Shown here one piece after another: positions 1 to 13,593 of a DNA stretch of 64,000 nucleotides. The number at the start of each line of letters is the position of its first letter. The stretch's first letter is position 1. This DNA comes from Paragordius varius (taxonomy: Eukaryota; Animalia; Nematomorpha): positions 3,348,001-3,412,000 of the forward strand of contig OZ176052.1 in the NCBI GenBank assembly GCA_964247055.1, given 5' to 3'. The notes under the pieces are model-generated. The model saw only the letters and a program-made list of their open reading frames with translations. It was not told the DNA's origin and did no database searches. A program made the position numbers and the translations under genes.

Positions 1-444
1 TTCAAATTAGCCTGTCAGTTATCACTCTAACAAAAGTATATATAAAAAGTAAAATAATATATTTATAAATTTTATTTTTATCCGAAAATCCCAAATTTTG
101 GTCCATGGCTAGTTCAAAATAAACGAAAAAATGCCGAGATTGTATGATAAAAATTTTAAAAAATACTAACATAAAAAAAGTTTTCCCCGAAAAAATGGAT
201 ATTTTGTCTAAAAATTAAATAAGCAAAATTTTGTTGAAGCGTACCTCATTCCTTTTTTGGGATGATGAAAACGGGTTAAAAACACCTTGTTAAAAAAACT
301 TTTTTTATAATTGAATGCCTGCACATTTTTATCACCTAAAAATTTAAATTTATAGGTTTGCCTGCTTTCAAATTTGGATAAATTAACACACAATTTATAA
401 TTTATTAAATAAATTAAGCGAACAAAAATTTTGATCAATGTTTT

Positions 445-586
445 AAAGTGATAGAAATTTTCAGCATCATCATATTACATAGAAACAGTGTTTTATAATA
501 TGCCATTTGCACTTCAAAGTGATAGAAATTTTCAGCATCATCATATTACTTAGAAACAGTGTTTTATAATATGCCATTTGCACTTC
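445..586. repeat. 71-bp tandem duplication (2 copies)
   Basis: AAAGTGATAGAAATTTTCAGCATC...GCCATTTGCACTTC starts at 445 and again at 516, with one mismatch. It includes the terminus of the foldback-like family. Confidence 0.9.
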
Positions 587-1086
587 AAAAGTGTTTTTGA
601 ATACTTCAAGTTGGTTCTGAATATTTCAAGTTAATCTTTAAACACTTCTAGTTGCTCTTAAAATAATTTAAGTTTGGATCCAACCATAATTTTTGCATCA
701 TTTTTCCGTAGACGCTGGTTTAGAAATATAAATAAATCTTTTAAGTTTAATTCTACCAGCAAATCTTTTAATTTATTTATTTTAAAATCAGCGGTTTGCT
801 TCTATCATGTTTTAAACCAATTCGAGGTCAAGATTATAAATAAATAATAAAAATAAAAGCATTATCCAATGAGAAAAAATTTAACACTCCTTTACTTTCT
901 GGGGTTGATTATATCGAAAAATGATTTAAAATTTGACTATTTAAAAAAATATTAAGATTAAGCCGAAAAAATATGCTTTCTTCAGCCGTTTAACCGCATT
1001 ATACAAAATAATTAAAAAAATTTTAACAAAAATCCTCATCTCAATTTTTTTTGCCGCCATTTTTATATCTAATTTTTTTAAACTAA

Positions 1087-1641
1087 CACTTGGTTCATTT
1101 CCATCCTTCAATTTAAATTGGGGTAGTTGGATACCCCATGTCTGTTTAAAATTAATACATCAGAAAATATGGAAGGAATTAAACCCAGGCAAAAGTTTGC
1201 ACTTATATAACATTAAAAACCAAAATATAAATTTAATTACTTCAAAAATACTTGATATTACTTATTTTTATGTAAAACCCAAAGTTAAAAATTAAGACAA
1301 GCTAAATATAAAAAATAATGCAAAATATACCACTTTTTCTGTTTATATTAAGGTTAAATGTGATTTCAATTTAAAAGTAAACTTAATTAAAGCCTTAAAA
1401 TCAAATAAACACGATATTTTGCAAAAGTGTTGTATAAAAATGGCATCCAAATAGTTTAAGACGGAACTTTTTTTCCAAAACTAAATTTTATTTAGTTATT
1501 TAGGCTTTTAGGCTCATTTATAAGATTTTTTTAGGATAGAAGCATAATTTCAAATTGGGATCGTTTCTTTCAGTAGTTATTTAAAAATATCAACTTAATT
1601 ATAATCTGGGGTATATAGATACCCTAATTTAAATCGAAGTG
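1087..1641. mobile_element. piggyBac-like non-autonomous element (MITE, about 555 bp)
   Basis: Begins CTAA|CACTTGG and ends CGAAGTG|TTAA. It has subterminal AAATTGGGGTA..TACCCC motifs and is homologous to the copies at 42.7, 44.7 and 46-52 kb. Confidence 0.75.
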
Positions 1642-2504
1642 TTAATGCCTTAGGCAATGTTTATTATGGTTAGATAATGTAAATAATTAAGTTTAAAAAA
1701 GCTTTCAGGCTCATTTTAATTACAGCTGCATGTTTCAATCGTGTTTTGAAAATGTCCCAATTTTAGACCTAGAAATCACAAAACTGGAAAAAAATATAAG
1801 CCTTTTTATCTAATACATGAAAACAAGGTTTAATAACAAATTTCAACAAAATTTCAAAACTATAGTTTATTTACAAAATTAAGTATGGGATATAAAACTA
1901 ACCCAAAAGTTAAACTGAGACAAAAAATTTAAAGGTAATTAAATGTTTACTAACTTTAAATACCGTAGTTTATTTAAAGCTCTAAAGTGATAAATGTCAT
2001 TACAAAAAAATAAATGTAAATTGTAAATTACAAAAAAATTCTGTCAAAAAATCACGCTAATAGTTAAATCTAAATATTTTCCAATTATTTTACTTATTTT
2101 AAAAAACCAAAAAATCTGTCGGTTTGAGAACTTTTTATAAATTTCACAGTTTAAAAATTTTCTCTATCGACTAGAGAATATTAGGCATTTTGACCGGATA
2201 TCACAGAGATTTTTTATATTTAAAATGCCATAGGATAGAAAAATACAATTGGTAATGAGAAAGTATATGATTGACCACGTAATAAAAAATTAAAACAGCT
2301 ATCTGCTAAATCAATTATACTTTTTTAATATCTAATGTTTAATTATTGTGAAAATATATCTTTTTCAGAGTGATCCAATATTTTAAAAAATTTACTTAAT
2401 AACAGCTATATATACCTGCATTAACATTCAAACAGGCGGACCACCGTTTGTGGGTTTGGATTTTATTGTGTGTATTCGAAATTTTTAAGTCAATTAGCTA
2501 TGAA

Positions 2505-5500
2505 ATGTGTGCAATTTATTTTATATATTTGATTGGTATTTTTTTATTATAATATAGTTTTACCTTATATTTACTGTACACTTACCTATATTAATCATTA
2601 TGAAACTTTGAATTATGCAACAAACCGCAAAAAAAGAGATCTTACTAGTGAAAATCCTCATATATCATTTAATGCATTTAACAAGTTAGTTGTTGTTTTA
2701 CTATATTAGATCATTTGATATAATATTATCCTACAATAATTATGAAATGTCACCAAACCTCATAATTACTAGTGAATATAGTCACAAAAATGAGACTCAA
2801 TATATTTCTGATAACATTTTTGTCAGTGGATATGTATTAGGTAAACGTTTTTCTTATGTATAGGGTACTTAAATTCTCACGCCGAAGGAAATTTATTAGA
2901 TGGCGTTTTTGCAGGAGTTATTAAATTATCTATTCCTAACCAAATTGATCTCGAGTTATATTATGTGGAAAGGGTTGGACCGTTTTATCCAAATAAACAC
3001 CATTCTATCATATATAAATCTGAAGATATAAATGATTTACATCTCCTATCTTCATTACCTTCAAATTATAAAAATTTTAAATTTTATAAAACTAAATCAT
3101 CATCAACAACCAAAAACACAAAGATAACAAAAAATAATACTCATTTTTCAATAGATTCTTCCTTGAAGCACAATTCACATAATCACAGGTAAAAAAATTA
3201 AATTCGCAACATTTATTAAAGTTATTTAATATAAATAATTTCCTTATTTCCAACTTAGTTTTCAACTGTTTACTAAATCATTATCATGAATTTAGATGTT
3301 TGTAATGAAAAAATACCATTAATCTTTATTATTTTTTTTGATTTTTTAAGCTGTGGGTGGATTATTCAAGAAATATACGTTTAATCTCAAAGTTTGCAAT
3401 TTAGTTTTTTTTATTTTTTTTGAAGAGAACCCCTAAAAACCAATTTATATTATAATTGGTATGGGAAAATATTTATTCATTTGTTTTTTTGTATATTTTT
3501 GACAAGTTTAAAATTAGGCTATCACATATAACTTATATTTTGTATTTTTTTTTATAATCATTTAAAGATAATCCCGAATTTAATATATTTTTGTCTTATG
3601 ACTATGTACCCATTGTTTAATTTTTTGACATAATCTATAGTTTGTAGATAGCGTGCTGTTTTCATTATATTAGTTAGATACATAATATTTTAGTTTTCAT
3701 CTACCTTAAAAATATTTATTTTTTTTAATATAAGAACGCTTATTAAATTTATTTAGTGTTATGTAATATTGGGGTCAAAACTCGGCTCACTATTTTATTT
3801 TTCATATGTGGTTAACAATTTTTTTTCTTTTCATTTTTTTGAAGACGATTACATTTTGGGGTGGTTTGTACCCTAGAAAACCTGGTCAATAAACTACTCC
3901 TTTGAAAGTGTTCCTCTTAAATATAAGACATTGTTTTCTTGTATTACATAAAAAGTCTTTTTTCATTACAGTTTTTGAGTTTTAGCAAATTTAACAATTC
4001 CGAAACAATTCAAAAACAGCTGATTTATATCATAAATATCAATTCTTGTTAAATGTAATTTGATTGGAATTATTTACATTTTTCAACCATGGTTGCTTGC
4101 CTGTTGTATCAGCTATTTAAAAAAATTAAAAAATGGCGACGAAAGAGTTTTGAAAAGATTTTTTTGCAATTTTACATTTTTGAAAAGTTTTTTTGACAGA
4201 TGCGCCTAAAAGGCTAAAGAAAGCATATTTTTTTGGCTTTATATATTATACTTTTTCAGATATTTGAGTTATTTAAAACTACTTAAAATATTTTTAGCGA
4301 CCATTGATAGAAGTATTGATTAGTAAAAAAAAAGTTTATTGACATATTCCTAATATGCTGTTTTATATTATTTTTCAGGTTTATATTCAGTTTGAAAAAC
4401 GTACCAGGCCCACAACTTGTAATCTCATAAATTTTTGCGAATATTATTTTTACTCGAGATTTACACATAATAATTAATTTTAATTTAAATTTCACAAGGT
4501 ATAATAGTGCAATATGCTTTTAAGTGGTTTTAGATTATTTATACCTTTTTTTGTGAAATAAAACATATAAATGACCTCAATTACTCACTTAATATTACTA
4601 GTTTTTTAGTCTATTTGTTTTGTTCTAAATTTATACTCAATAAAAATAGGTAATGAACTATATTAAATATTTTATTATTTTTTTATGTTTTCAAGTTCAG
4701 CCAATATTGTGGTGTGATTGTAATAATATGGGTTTTTTTGTAAAAAGTTTAATTGGACCCTTGAGGGTTTTTATACATATAGAGTTGTAATAAATTTTTT
4801 TTTAAATATTAAAATCCATACATTTTTTTATCGATAGCGATTTAACATACTTTACTAAGTTTTAGCTTTTATATATATATGGGATATTATAAATTTACTA
4901 TAATAACTCGTTCATTATTTAAATAAATTTCTTGCTCTTTTGTGTTTCTTAAAATTTTGATTAATTGGTGGACAAATACATTAATATATAATTTCATAAG
5001 TTGTCCGTTATTTTTGGACACAAATTTGAGTTAATTTTTCAAAATATTATTGTAAATTATAAATTAAATTAGGGATAGTTTATACGATGTGAGTAAAGCT
5101 CAGGAAGCACCACATGAATACTCTTGGTGCGGACTCAGTAATGAACGCATTCGAGATTGGATGATGTCCCATTATGCTCAAATACCTTCTTCTCCTCAAT
5201 CAGACACAAATATCAAACAAAAACAACTACAAGTAAATCATTGAAACGTTTATATAAATAAGTATTACTCAAATGGTTTCCTGAGCCGTATTTTTACAAA
5301 ATCTAGCGGGCTCGCACATCAAAGACTACTTAAACTATATATTTATAATAATATTGACAATAAAAGCAACAGCTTTTACAATTAAATTCATAATAAAAAT
5401 GTTTTTTACAATAGTTCGTTAATAATTTGCATTGAATTGATTACCGTCTGCGTGCATATATAGACAAAAGCACATGATGCGTTTAAATATTTTCCTCCCG

Positions 5501-6238
5501 TTTCAATTTACGGTTTAATAATTTATCATTATTGCACATGAATTTAATAAAAGGAATTTATACTAAATTATTTTATGGAAAGAAGCAAAATAATTTATAT
5601 ATATATAATTGTAAACATGCAATAATGGTTAATTTAATTTAAAAAATTGCCGCAGTGAATAATGGTCGCTTTAGTTTTTGTTTGATTTGTTAATTGTTTT
5701 AATTCCTTTTTTTGGTATTAAAATCCTTGTGTTTTTAGGTTTCAAAGTATGATGCATCGCCAAAATGTGTGATAAGACAACAAAAATCATTCAGTAAATA
5801 TTTTTCGTTTACGCAAACATCCAATAACAACAATGATTCCAAGGATATTTTGAATTGCAATCCCTTAAATACTGAGCCAAGGGATAGTTTATTAGTCAAC
5901 ACTGATAAAGAATCTCCAAAAAATATTTTCAATATCAATGATAATATTCCAAACGATATTTATGATAATGACCATCAAACTTCTAAAGTAAAGAAATCAA
6001 AATCAAAATTTTTGCCAAAACGTTTAAATAGACGATCAATTGACACTTTAAACCTTTTCGATCGGGATCAATCAAATGGTAAATATGCCATATACAAATT
6101 TTTTAATATCGCACATTTCTAAAAATTGTTATTCTATTATTAATTTTTTGGAAACTGAAAATGATAATAGAAATAGTTAATTCTAGGTAATTATTTTATT
6201 TATAAATTATATATTATTACTCTTTTAAGGTTTACCAG

Positions 6239-6281
<43 letters not shown>

Positions 6282-9200
6282 TTTCCACTGCCATATATAA
6301 TATAATCTAATATTTTAAATAATTAGTACCCACGGACGGACCTCTAACTCATAAAATATATTGTTTCTACACTACAAATATATACCGTTTTAATTTAAAT
6401 GTTGCCTTAAAATGAGCTTTCCGCTCCCAAAATGTCTTTTACAAATTATCTAATCCTGATTATATTAAAGTGGTTTTTACCCTTAGGATTTATTACATAC
6501 ATTTTTTTTATTATTTCACACAAAAATGGTTTTATACTAGGTATGCATAAAAGAGATGCCACATTTTTTAATGTTAATGATGATTTGTTTGGAAAAGGGA
6601 GTTTTAACACTAAAGAAGGAACACAATCTACAATTTCTAATGCAAACACCAATATGAATAATGCTGAAAACTTAAATAAAACCAAATCCTACATACCCAT
6701 ACGCAATACCTGTTCATTGTTTATACAAACGGATACATTTTTGTGGAAACATGTGGCTAAAAAACATGGAACCCAAGAAAAGTATATTGAAACATAATTA
6801 ATTTTGAATTAAATTTGTTTGTGTGTGTTTGTCACAATTATTCAATTTGTTAAAATTGTATTATAAATTATTTTGGGTAAATTATATAATTATAAAACAA
6901 AATCATATGGAAAAACCAGAAATAATATTTGGCGACAAAAGGTTTTGAACGAAATAAATTTTTTCATATTTAATTTTTCTAATTCGCTTAAATATAATAT
7001 TTATTTTAAAATTCGGTAAAATATCATCGATTAGTTCAAAATATCCAAATTTGAAATCATTCGGAGGTAGAAAACAATTTGAATATTAGGGCGTTTAGAT
7101 AAAATTGATTTTTTTTTGTATTTTTTTTTCAATTTCAATTTTTAGACGGAAAATAAGGGAAGAAATTATTGGAATGATATCTTCTCACATTAAAGCTGTG
7201 AATCATATATATGGGTCCACTGAATTTGGAAACATTAAGGGCATACAATTTGTTGTTCAACGGATTAAGGTATAGTATTATTTTTAAATATTTTATATTT
7301 TATCGCTATCCTACTTTTACAAAATTTTAATTAAATTTCCGTAAAATATCTTATTTTTAATTATTTATTGGTAGTTTAAGGAGTTTTAGGCATAATACAT
7401 CCGATTTTAATGGGAAAATAAAAAATTTCAGTCATTTATTTCAGAATTTCACATGAGTTTTTTTGAAAAATCATATAATGTAGAAAAAAGCCACGATGTA
7501 ATCATGAAAAATTAGTTTTGAGGCCACTTAAATATCTTACCCCACTACAATTGTCATTGTGTTATATAGATTTTGGAGGATACGTATTGTGACACAATCA
7601 TTGATAAACGACATGAAAGTTATTGTAATTCCAACCTTGATGTTAGTAATGTGCTCAACCTTTGGTCCCTTGAGAATCATGATGATTTTTGCTTGGCTTA
7701 CCTTTGGACCTATCGAGATTTTGTGGGCGGTACGCTGGGTTTAGCATGGGTCGCCGCACCTGACCGAGAAAGTGGTGGCTTGTGTGAAACATACAAACCT
7801 TACAGTGATGCTATTTTACCCTCAAACACTAATATAAATACCATCATCACAAATAAAAATAAAAATAATGTCCGCAATGGATTGAAAACGTTTAATTTTG
7901 GAGGGGAAAAGGGTAATTCTCCAATGGTGGAGGATAGTAAAAAACATTACAGTGAACATGATGGTGAGGATATGAAGCAATTCTTGCATGGTATTTTGTT
8001 TTTTTTTTGTTTTTTAAATGATAAAAATATTAAAAACGAGACAAAATATACCCCATATAATCTATGTTAACCAATATTTATTACAATATTTTTTATTTGA
8101 TGTCAGCTATTTAACGTGCTCCACAATTTTTTTGTGACAGTTTTGTTTTTTCCTAGCATTTGAGTCGTTGCTAAATGTACATTTGTAAGTTGAAACTTTT
8201 TCGCACATGTTAACCAAGCATGTCAATTTTTATTGAACAGAGATTGACATGTCACGGTTGGTTGGATGGTTATTAAAAGAGCATTTGTAAGTGCATTGTT
8301 GACCGTGATTGTGACCGCCTTTAATAACAAATGGAAAAAAAGAATATGTTTATTAAGTAAGATCATCATTCTTAGGGATCAATAATAATTTTTTCTTCCA
8401 TATTTTGGGGTTGTAAGCGTCTTTAATACCAATTTTTTCTTTTTCAAAATTCTTTACGATTGTTCTCTGCCAATTTTTGTGGGCAGCCTGGTAAAACTTT
8501 TAAGTTATATAACGTAATATTTTAAATAATTAATACATATTTCAATTTAATGTAAATATAGCAGCACATTTTTATAAAAAAAACTTTGACATTGATACTA
8601 TTTTAACAACTATTATCTAATTTTGTTGTATTTAGCTCTAACAATTTGCATTAGTATCTTACGATAGCATTGCATTCTTAAGTTGTCAACCCGGTTATTG
8701 TGATTTTGACCATGCGATAAATTTGCTATAATATATTTTGTGATTAGTTATAATTGAATATATTGATAGAACATATATTTTTTGTTTGGCAGAGTTTATT
8801 GTTTGCATTTATCATATTTTTAGAGCAATCTCTATCACAACGCATGAATAGAGATGTAGATAGAGATCCTATCCGTACTCGGGAGTTCTATGATGTTAAA
8901 AGTAAATAAAACACATTATTTATCTATAAATTTTTAATTATACAGTATATATTCTCGGCTATGTGCCGGATAAAAGTTAAATTAATATATTGGTCGGGAG
9001 AAATTACGATATATATTTTATATCATTATGAAATCAACATTAATTAACTTAAGTTTTTTCTTTAGCCCATGAAAGTTATAATATGGGTACAACTCATAAC
9101 GTAATTTATATCTATCTATAAAAATATGGCGCAAAATATTGACATTATTAAAGTTACAATCTATATTTTATGGTTGTTTAAAAAAACGTTCAGACTTTTT

Positions 9201-12200
9201 TTACGTTTAAAGCCATAAATTTTTAATTTATACTGTCATATTATAAAACCTTGGTTTTTATATCCTCTGTAGATCGACAATCATCAGCCAAATATATAAT
9301 CAATCGAGATGGAACGTCAGCCGGAATGAATTTGAGACAAACGACGTTTAAAAGCCTAAATACAGGTATTATAACATCACTGAATTATGCGACGGAAGTT
9401 TCACCTGCCGTTTCCCATTTAACATTGGCTCATGAGATTGGCCACAATTTGGGATCACCGGTAAAAAATGATTAAAATCAATAGTATTTTTGTTTATCTG
9501 CAAAACTTTTTTTTATCAAATATCTTACTCTTTAATTTAGGCAAAATTTCGATATTAATCTTAAGCATCTTTTGGAATCGTTTTTTTTGTGAAATTGGAA
9601 TTAGTTTTTTTCACCGTCTGAAACACTATAAAACTGATCTGAAACGGACAGAACTTAGATACCAGACGGTCTCTAAAATGTCATTTTTGATTTTTTTCTA
9701 TTTAAAGGAAAAGTCGCTAATAAAATTTTTGTATATATATATTTTGGCTATTTATATATATTCGCATTGTATCTAAAATATTATTAGGGTTCAAAAAGGA
9801 AATAATTTCTCAAATACTTGACCAAACTATAGAACCGGAAACATTTGATTTTAAAGAGTTTTTAACAATTTTACAACCGGATTAAAAAAATAGTTGACTA
9901 AAACATAAGTAACCGTATCCATTCAATTATTGTCATAAATATGTTAAACCACACCTAACCGAAAATTTAAATTTTCTTTTTTTCTAAAATATATTTTATT
10001 TTTGTATTTAGCATGATTACCCCCCAATGTGTAGGCCTGGACAAGCTTTTGGCGCGCGCCTTGGCAATTACATTATGTTTAGTTCGGCCACTTCAGGTGA
10101 CAAACCCAACAATGATAAATTTTCTGAGTGTAGTAAGCGCAATATTTCACGCATCTTGGATGCCATAATCAATGAAAGATATGGGAAAACGAATTGTTTG
10201 ATAAGTAAATATCTTAAATTATTTTGCGGTTTTTAATTTTTGATTCATTTATAATTATTTTTTATTATCGATGCTTATTACATCTCTCTGAAATTGTAAT
10301 ATACATATAAATTAAAATCTTGTTGCCTGTGTTTTTTAATTATGATTAGGTAAATATATAAAATTATAGAAAAAAAATTAGTTTTGCAATGACCCATTTA
10401 ATCAATAATTTATGATTTGATTTCACAATCCTTCATGATTGGAAGAAAGACAATATTTCATTTTGAAAAATTAAAAAATCTATATTTCGCAAAAAAATAC
10501 TGTTTCATTCATTCAGAAAACGATGGTGCTTTTTGTGGCAATGGCTTGAAGGAGGATGGGGAGGAATGTGATTGTGGTTACATGGAAGAATGTCAAGCAA
10601 ATGGGGAGATTGCTTGTTGTTACCCTAGAACAGAGGACTCCACCAAATCTTGTAAACGAAAACCTGATGTGACTTGTAGGTAAAATGTATTGGCGTTGCT
10701 TACTAATGGTTCTTATGTATTTGTGAAAAAATTTCTAAATTTTTCAAAAGAATCTAACTTTTCCTCATGTCTTTGCAACGGGCAGCAAATTACCAATTTT
10801 TAGAATAAAAAATATTTATTCATTACACTATTATAAACATTTTTACTTAGTTTTCCCTTATCATTGGATTGGTTTCGGATAAACTTTTATCCCTTCATTA
10901 AATTTGGAATTTAATCCTTTTATTTTGTAATTGTATTGAAATAAAATCTACTTAAAGTGCGAACGATATCTAATCGCAATTGAGAGCAAAAATTACATAC
11001 AACTCTCTAAATATTACATTAATTTTTTTTAATAAATATGTTACAAACATATGAACGTTATAATTATTCATTTCCCTTTCCTTTGGTACTACTATATAGT
11101 CCATCAGAAGGCCCCTGCTGTACTAAACAGTGCAAACATGTAACCTCGGGCTCGCTATGCGCTACAGAAACTGAATGTTCACATCGTTCTTATTGTGATG
11201 GTCGAGGTGCTCAATGCCCTACACCTAGGCACAAACCTAATCGCACCACGGCTTGTAATGGCAACACTCAAGTTTGTTGGAATGGAGTATATTATTATAA
11301 TTTTTTATATAACTTTGAATATTTTTTTTTTGTAAATTATATGCATTCAAGTTTGGTTTGGAGTATCATTTATATATATATATCTTGATTTTTTTCGTAA
11401 ATATGCTGATAAATTATTAAGGATTGGAACAGAAACGGTTTTGTTAAACTTGTAGTACATTGGCTTTAGAAAACCGATTTTAAATGGATAAGAAATTAGG
11501 AGATTTTAATATAAAATTCCTTTTTTTATATTTTATATTGCTTTTTATATGTAAAATATAATAAGAGTCAGGAAGGAAACCGTTAACCGTTTCGAAATTA
11601 AAAAATTTCAAAAACCTGTTTATAATCGGAATCGTGGTTCCACAAAATATAATTTTTATTTTTTTTTCTTGTATTTTTAATACAATGTCGTTTACCAATA
11701 TATTACAATAATTTTTAAATTGCAAACAATTAATTGGGCTATTTGTGAATTAAAAAAAAGTTGAACCCGACCAGAAACAAAAAAGTAGCCAAAATTGGTT
11801 GCACTTTTAATCCCTTTTGAATTCCCATAAATTTTTATGCTCTAATCTTTATTCCATGACATAACTTATAATAAAATAGCAATGCACCGGTTCAATCTGT
11901 GAAAAATTCAATCTTGAGCGGTGTTTTATTACGGCTGGGCGTGATGATAAACACATCGATAGGGGTAAATTGTGTCAACTGGCTTGTCAATTAGTTAATC
12001 AACCTGAAACATGTCGCAGTAGTCATGAGTATCCAGCCCTTCGAGCCATTAATAATGGCCAAGGAATGAATCTCAAACCTGGATCCCCTTGCAATAATTA
12101 TCAAGGTACGTACCACATTGATAAACTAATATGTTTTGGTTATACATGTACCTATGGCGGCTTTATAAATTTATATTGTGGGTGATTTTTTTACAGAGAC

Positions 12201-13550
12201 TGGTGTTTTTAAAAAGGTATATCAAACAAATATTTGTATAATAAGAACAATATTAACGTGTTTAAGTTTTTTAGATAATTTTTGTAAACACCCATATGCT
12301 ACTGTATATCAACTTGGTTTAGGCATTTATATTTCCTCTAAGAAAAATTGTTGGTAAAATTTATGATTTAACCATTAGAACACAATTATGTGCTAGTTTT
12401 TCATTATAATTATCTCTGCCGATATGCTTTGTTCATATTGGATTATTACTAATAATGAATGCATGTATTGTATAGGTTATTGTGACATACTACTCAAGTG
12501 TCGTGAGGTTGACCCTGAGGGACCATTGACACGCCTGAAAAATTTGGTGTTTAATGATAAAACGATTGCACTGTTCCAAAGCTGGATAACGGAACGTTGG
12601 TGGATTTTGGCTTTAATTTTGCTCGTTCTCATGCTTGTCATGGGACTTTTCATACAATGTTGCGCAGTCCATACACCCTCATCTAACCCTAAAAAACCAC
12701 CAGCTAGGAGTTTTAGCGATACAGTTTCTCGGACAGCTCATACCTTGCGACAAACGAGTCAACATATGTTACACCCTGGTGATACACTGAGAAGACTCTC
12801 TTTCTATAATCATCATTACCCAAACAATAACGCAATTTTAACTAGTACTATGGGCGCCTATGAAATAAATCACCAGCAACGTAGAAGGTATATATATGTG
12901 TATATATGTGTGTAAAAATTGAAACTATACTATACTACCAAAACAATATATTTTGATAGAGGCCCGTAATTTTAAATAATGTTTTTTTCTAAATACTTGT
13001 AGAGCTGAGGCAAAATGAGGTATAGAGATTTAATAGTACCATACTCAAAATTATACATTTCAAAATCGTAATGTTATATAGTATTAAGGTTTTGAAAATA
13101 TGGCTGTTTTTTAAGGTAAAAAAAAACAAGGTTTTAAAAGTATGACCTTTTTTATATGTAAAAAAATATTTGTCTTTTAGCTTTTACGCTTTTTCTTTAT
13201 GATTTAAATTTTTACTGCGTGTTAGTAGATATGAAGCCTCCAGAGATCGGAGTAGAGATGCAAGGCGTCGAAAAAGTAGTAAGGATGCTATTAGAAAAAA
13301 TCAAAGTAGTTCCTCTTCTGCCGGAGGGGGACACAGAAATAGTAATGGTAATAATCCGAAAAAAGGTACATCAAAAAAGAATGGAACACAACAAACAACC
13401 ACCCTTTCAAATGTTGGTAATAATTATCAGGTGTGGGACCAAGAAAATATGTCACAACCGAATTTTGAGGTATTTTTTTGCTTTATTTAGAACTATTTTG
13501 GTGATGTTTCACCAAAATAGTTGTTTGCTTTGATTTTCTTGTTTATAATG

Positions 13551-13593
<43 letters not shown>

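Noticed and set aside
2536-2863. Micro-introns as sequencing indels or pseudogene frameshifts
   Set aside because: Each is bounded by GT and TAG, is AT-rich like other introns, and its exact removal restores the reading frame (and conserved alignment where there is homology). This happens six times in three otherwise intact genes.
13219-13533. Listed 104-aa [14 protein letters not shown]...
   Set aside because: It is the wrong frame. The phase-compatible ADAM10 exon 13226-13469 uses another frame ([12 protein letters not shown]...).
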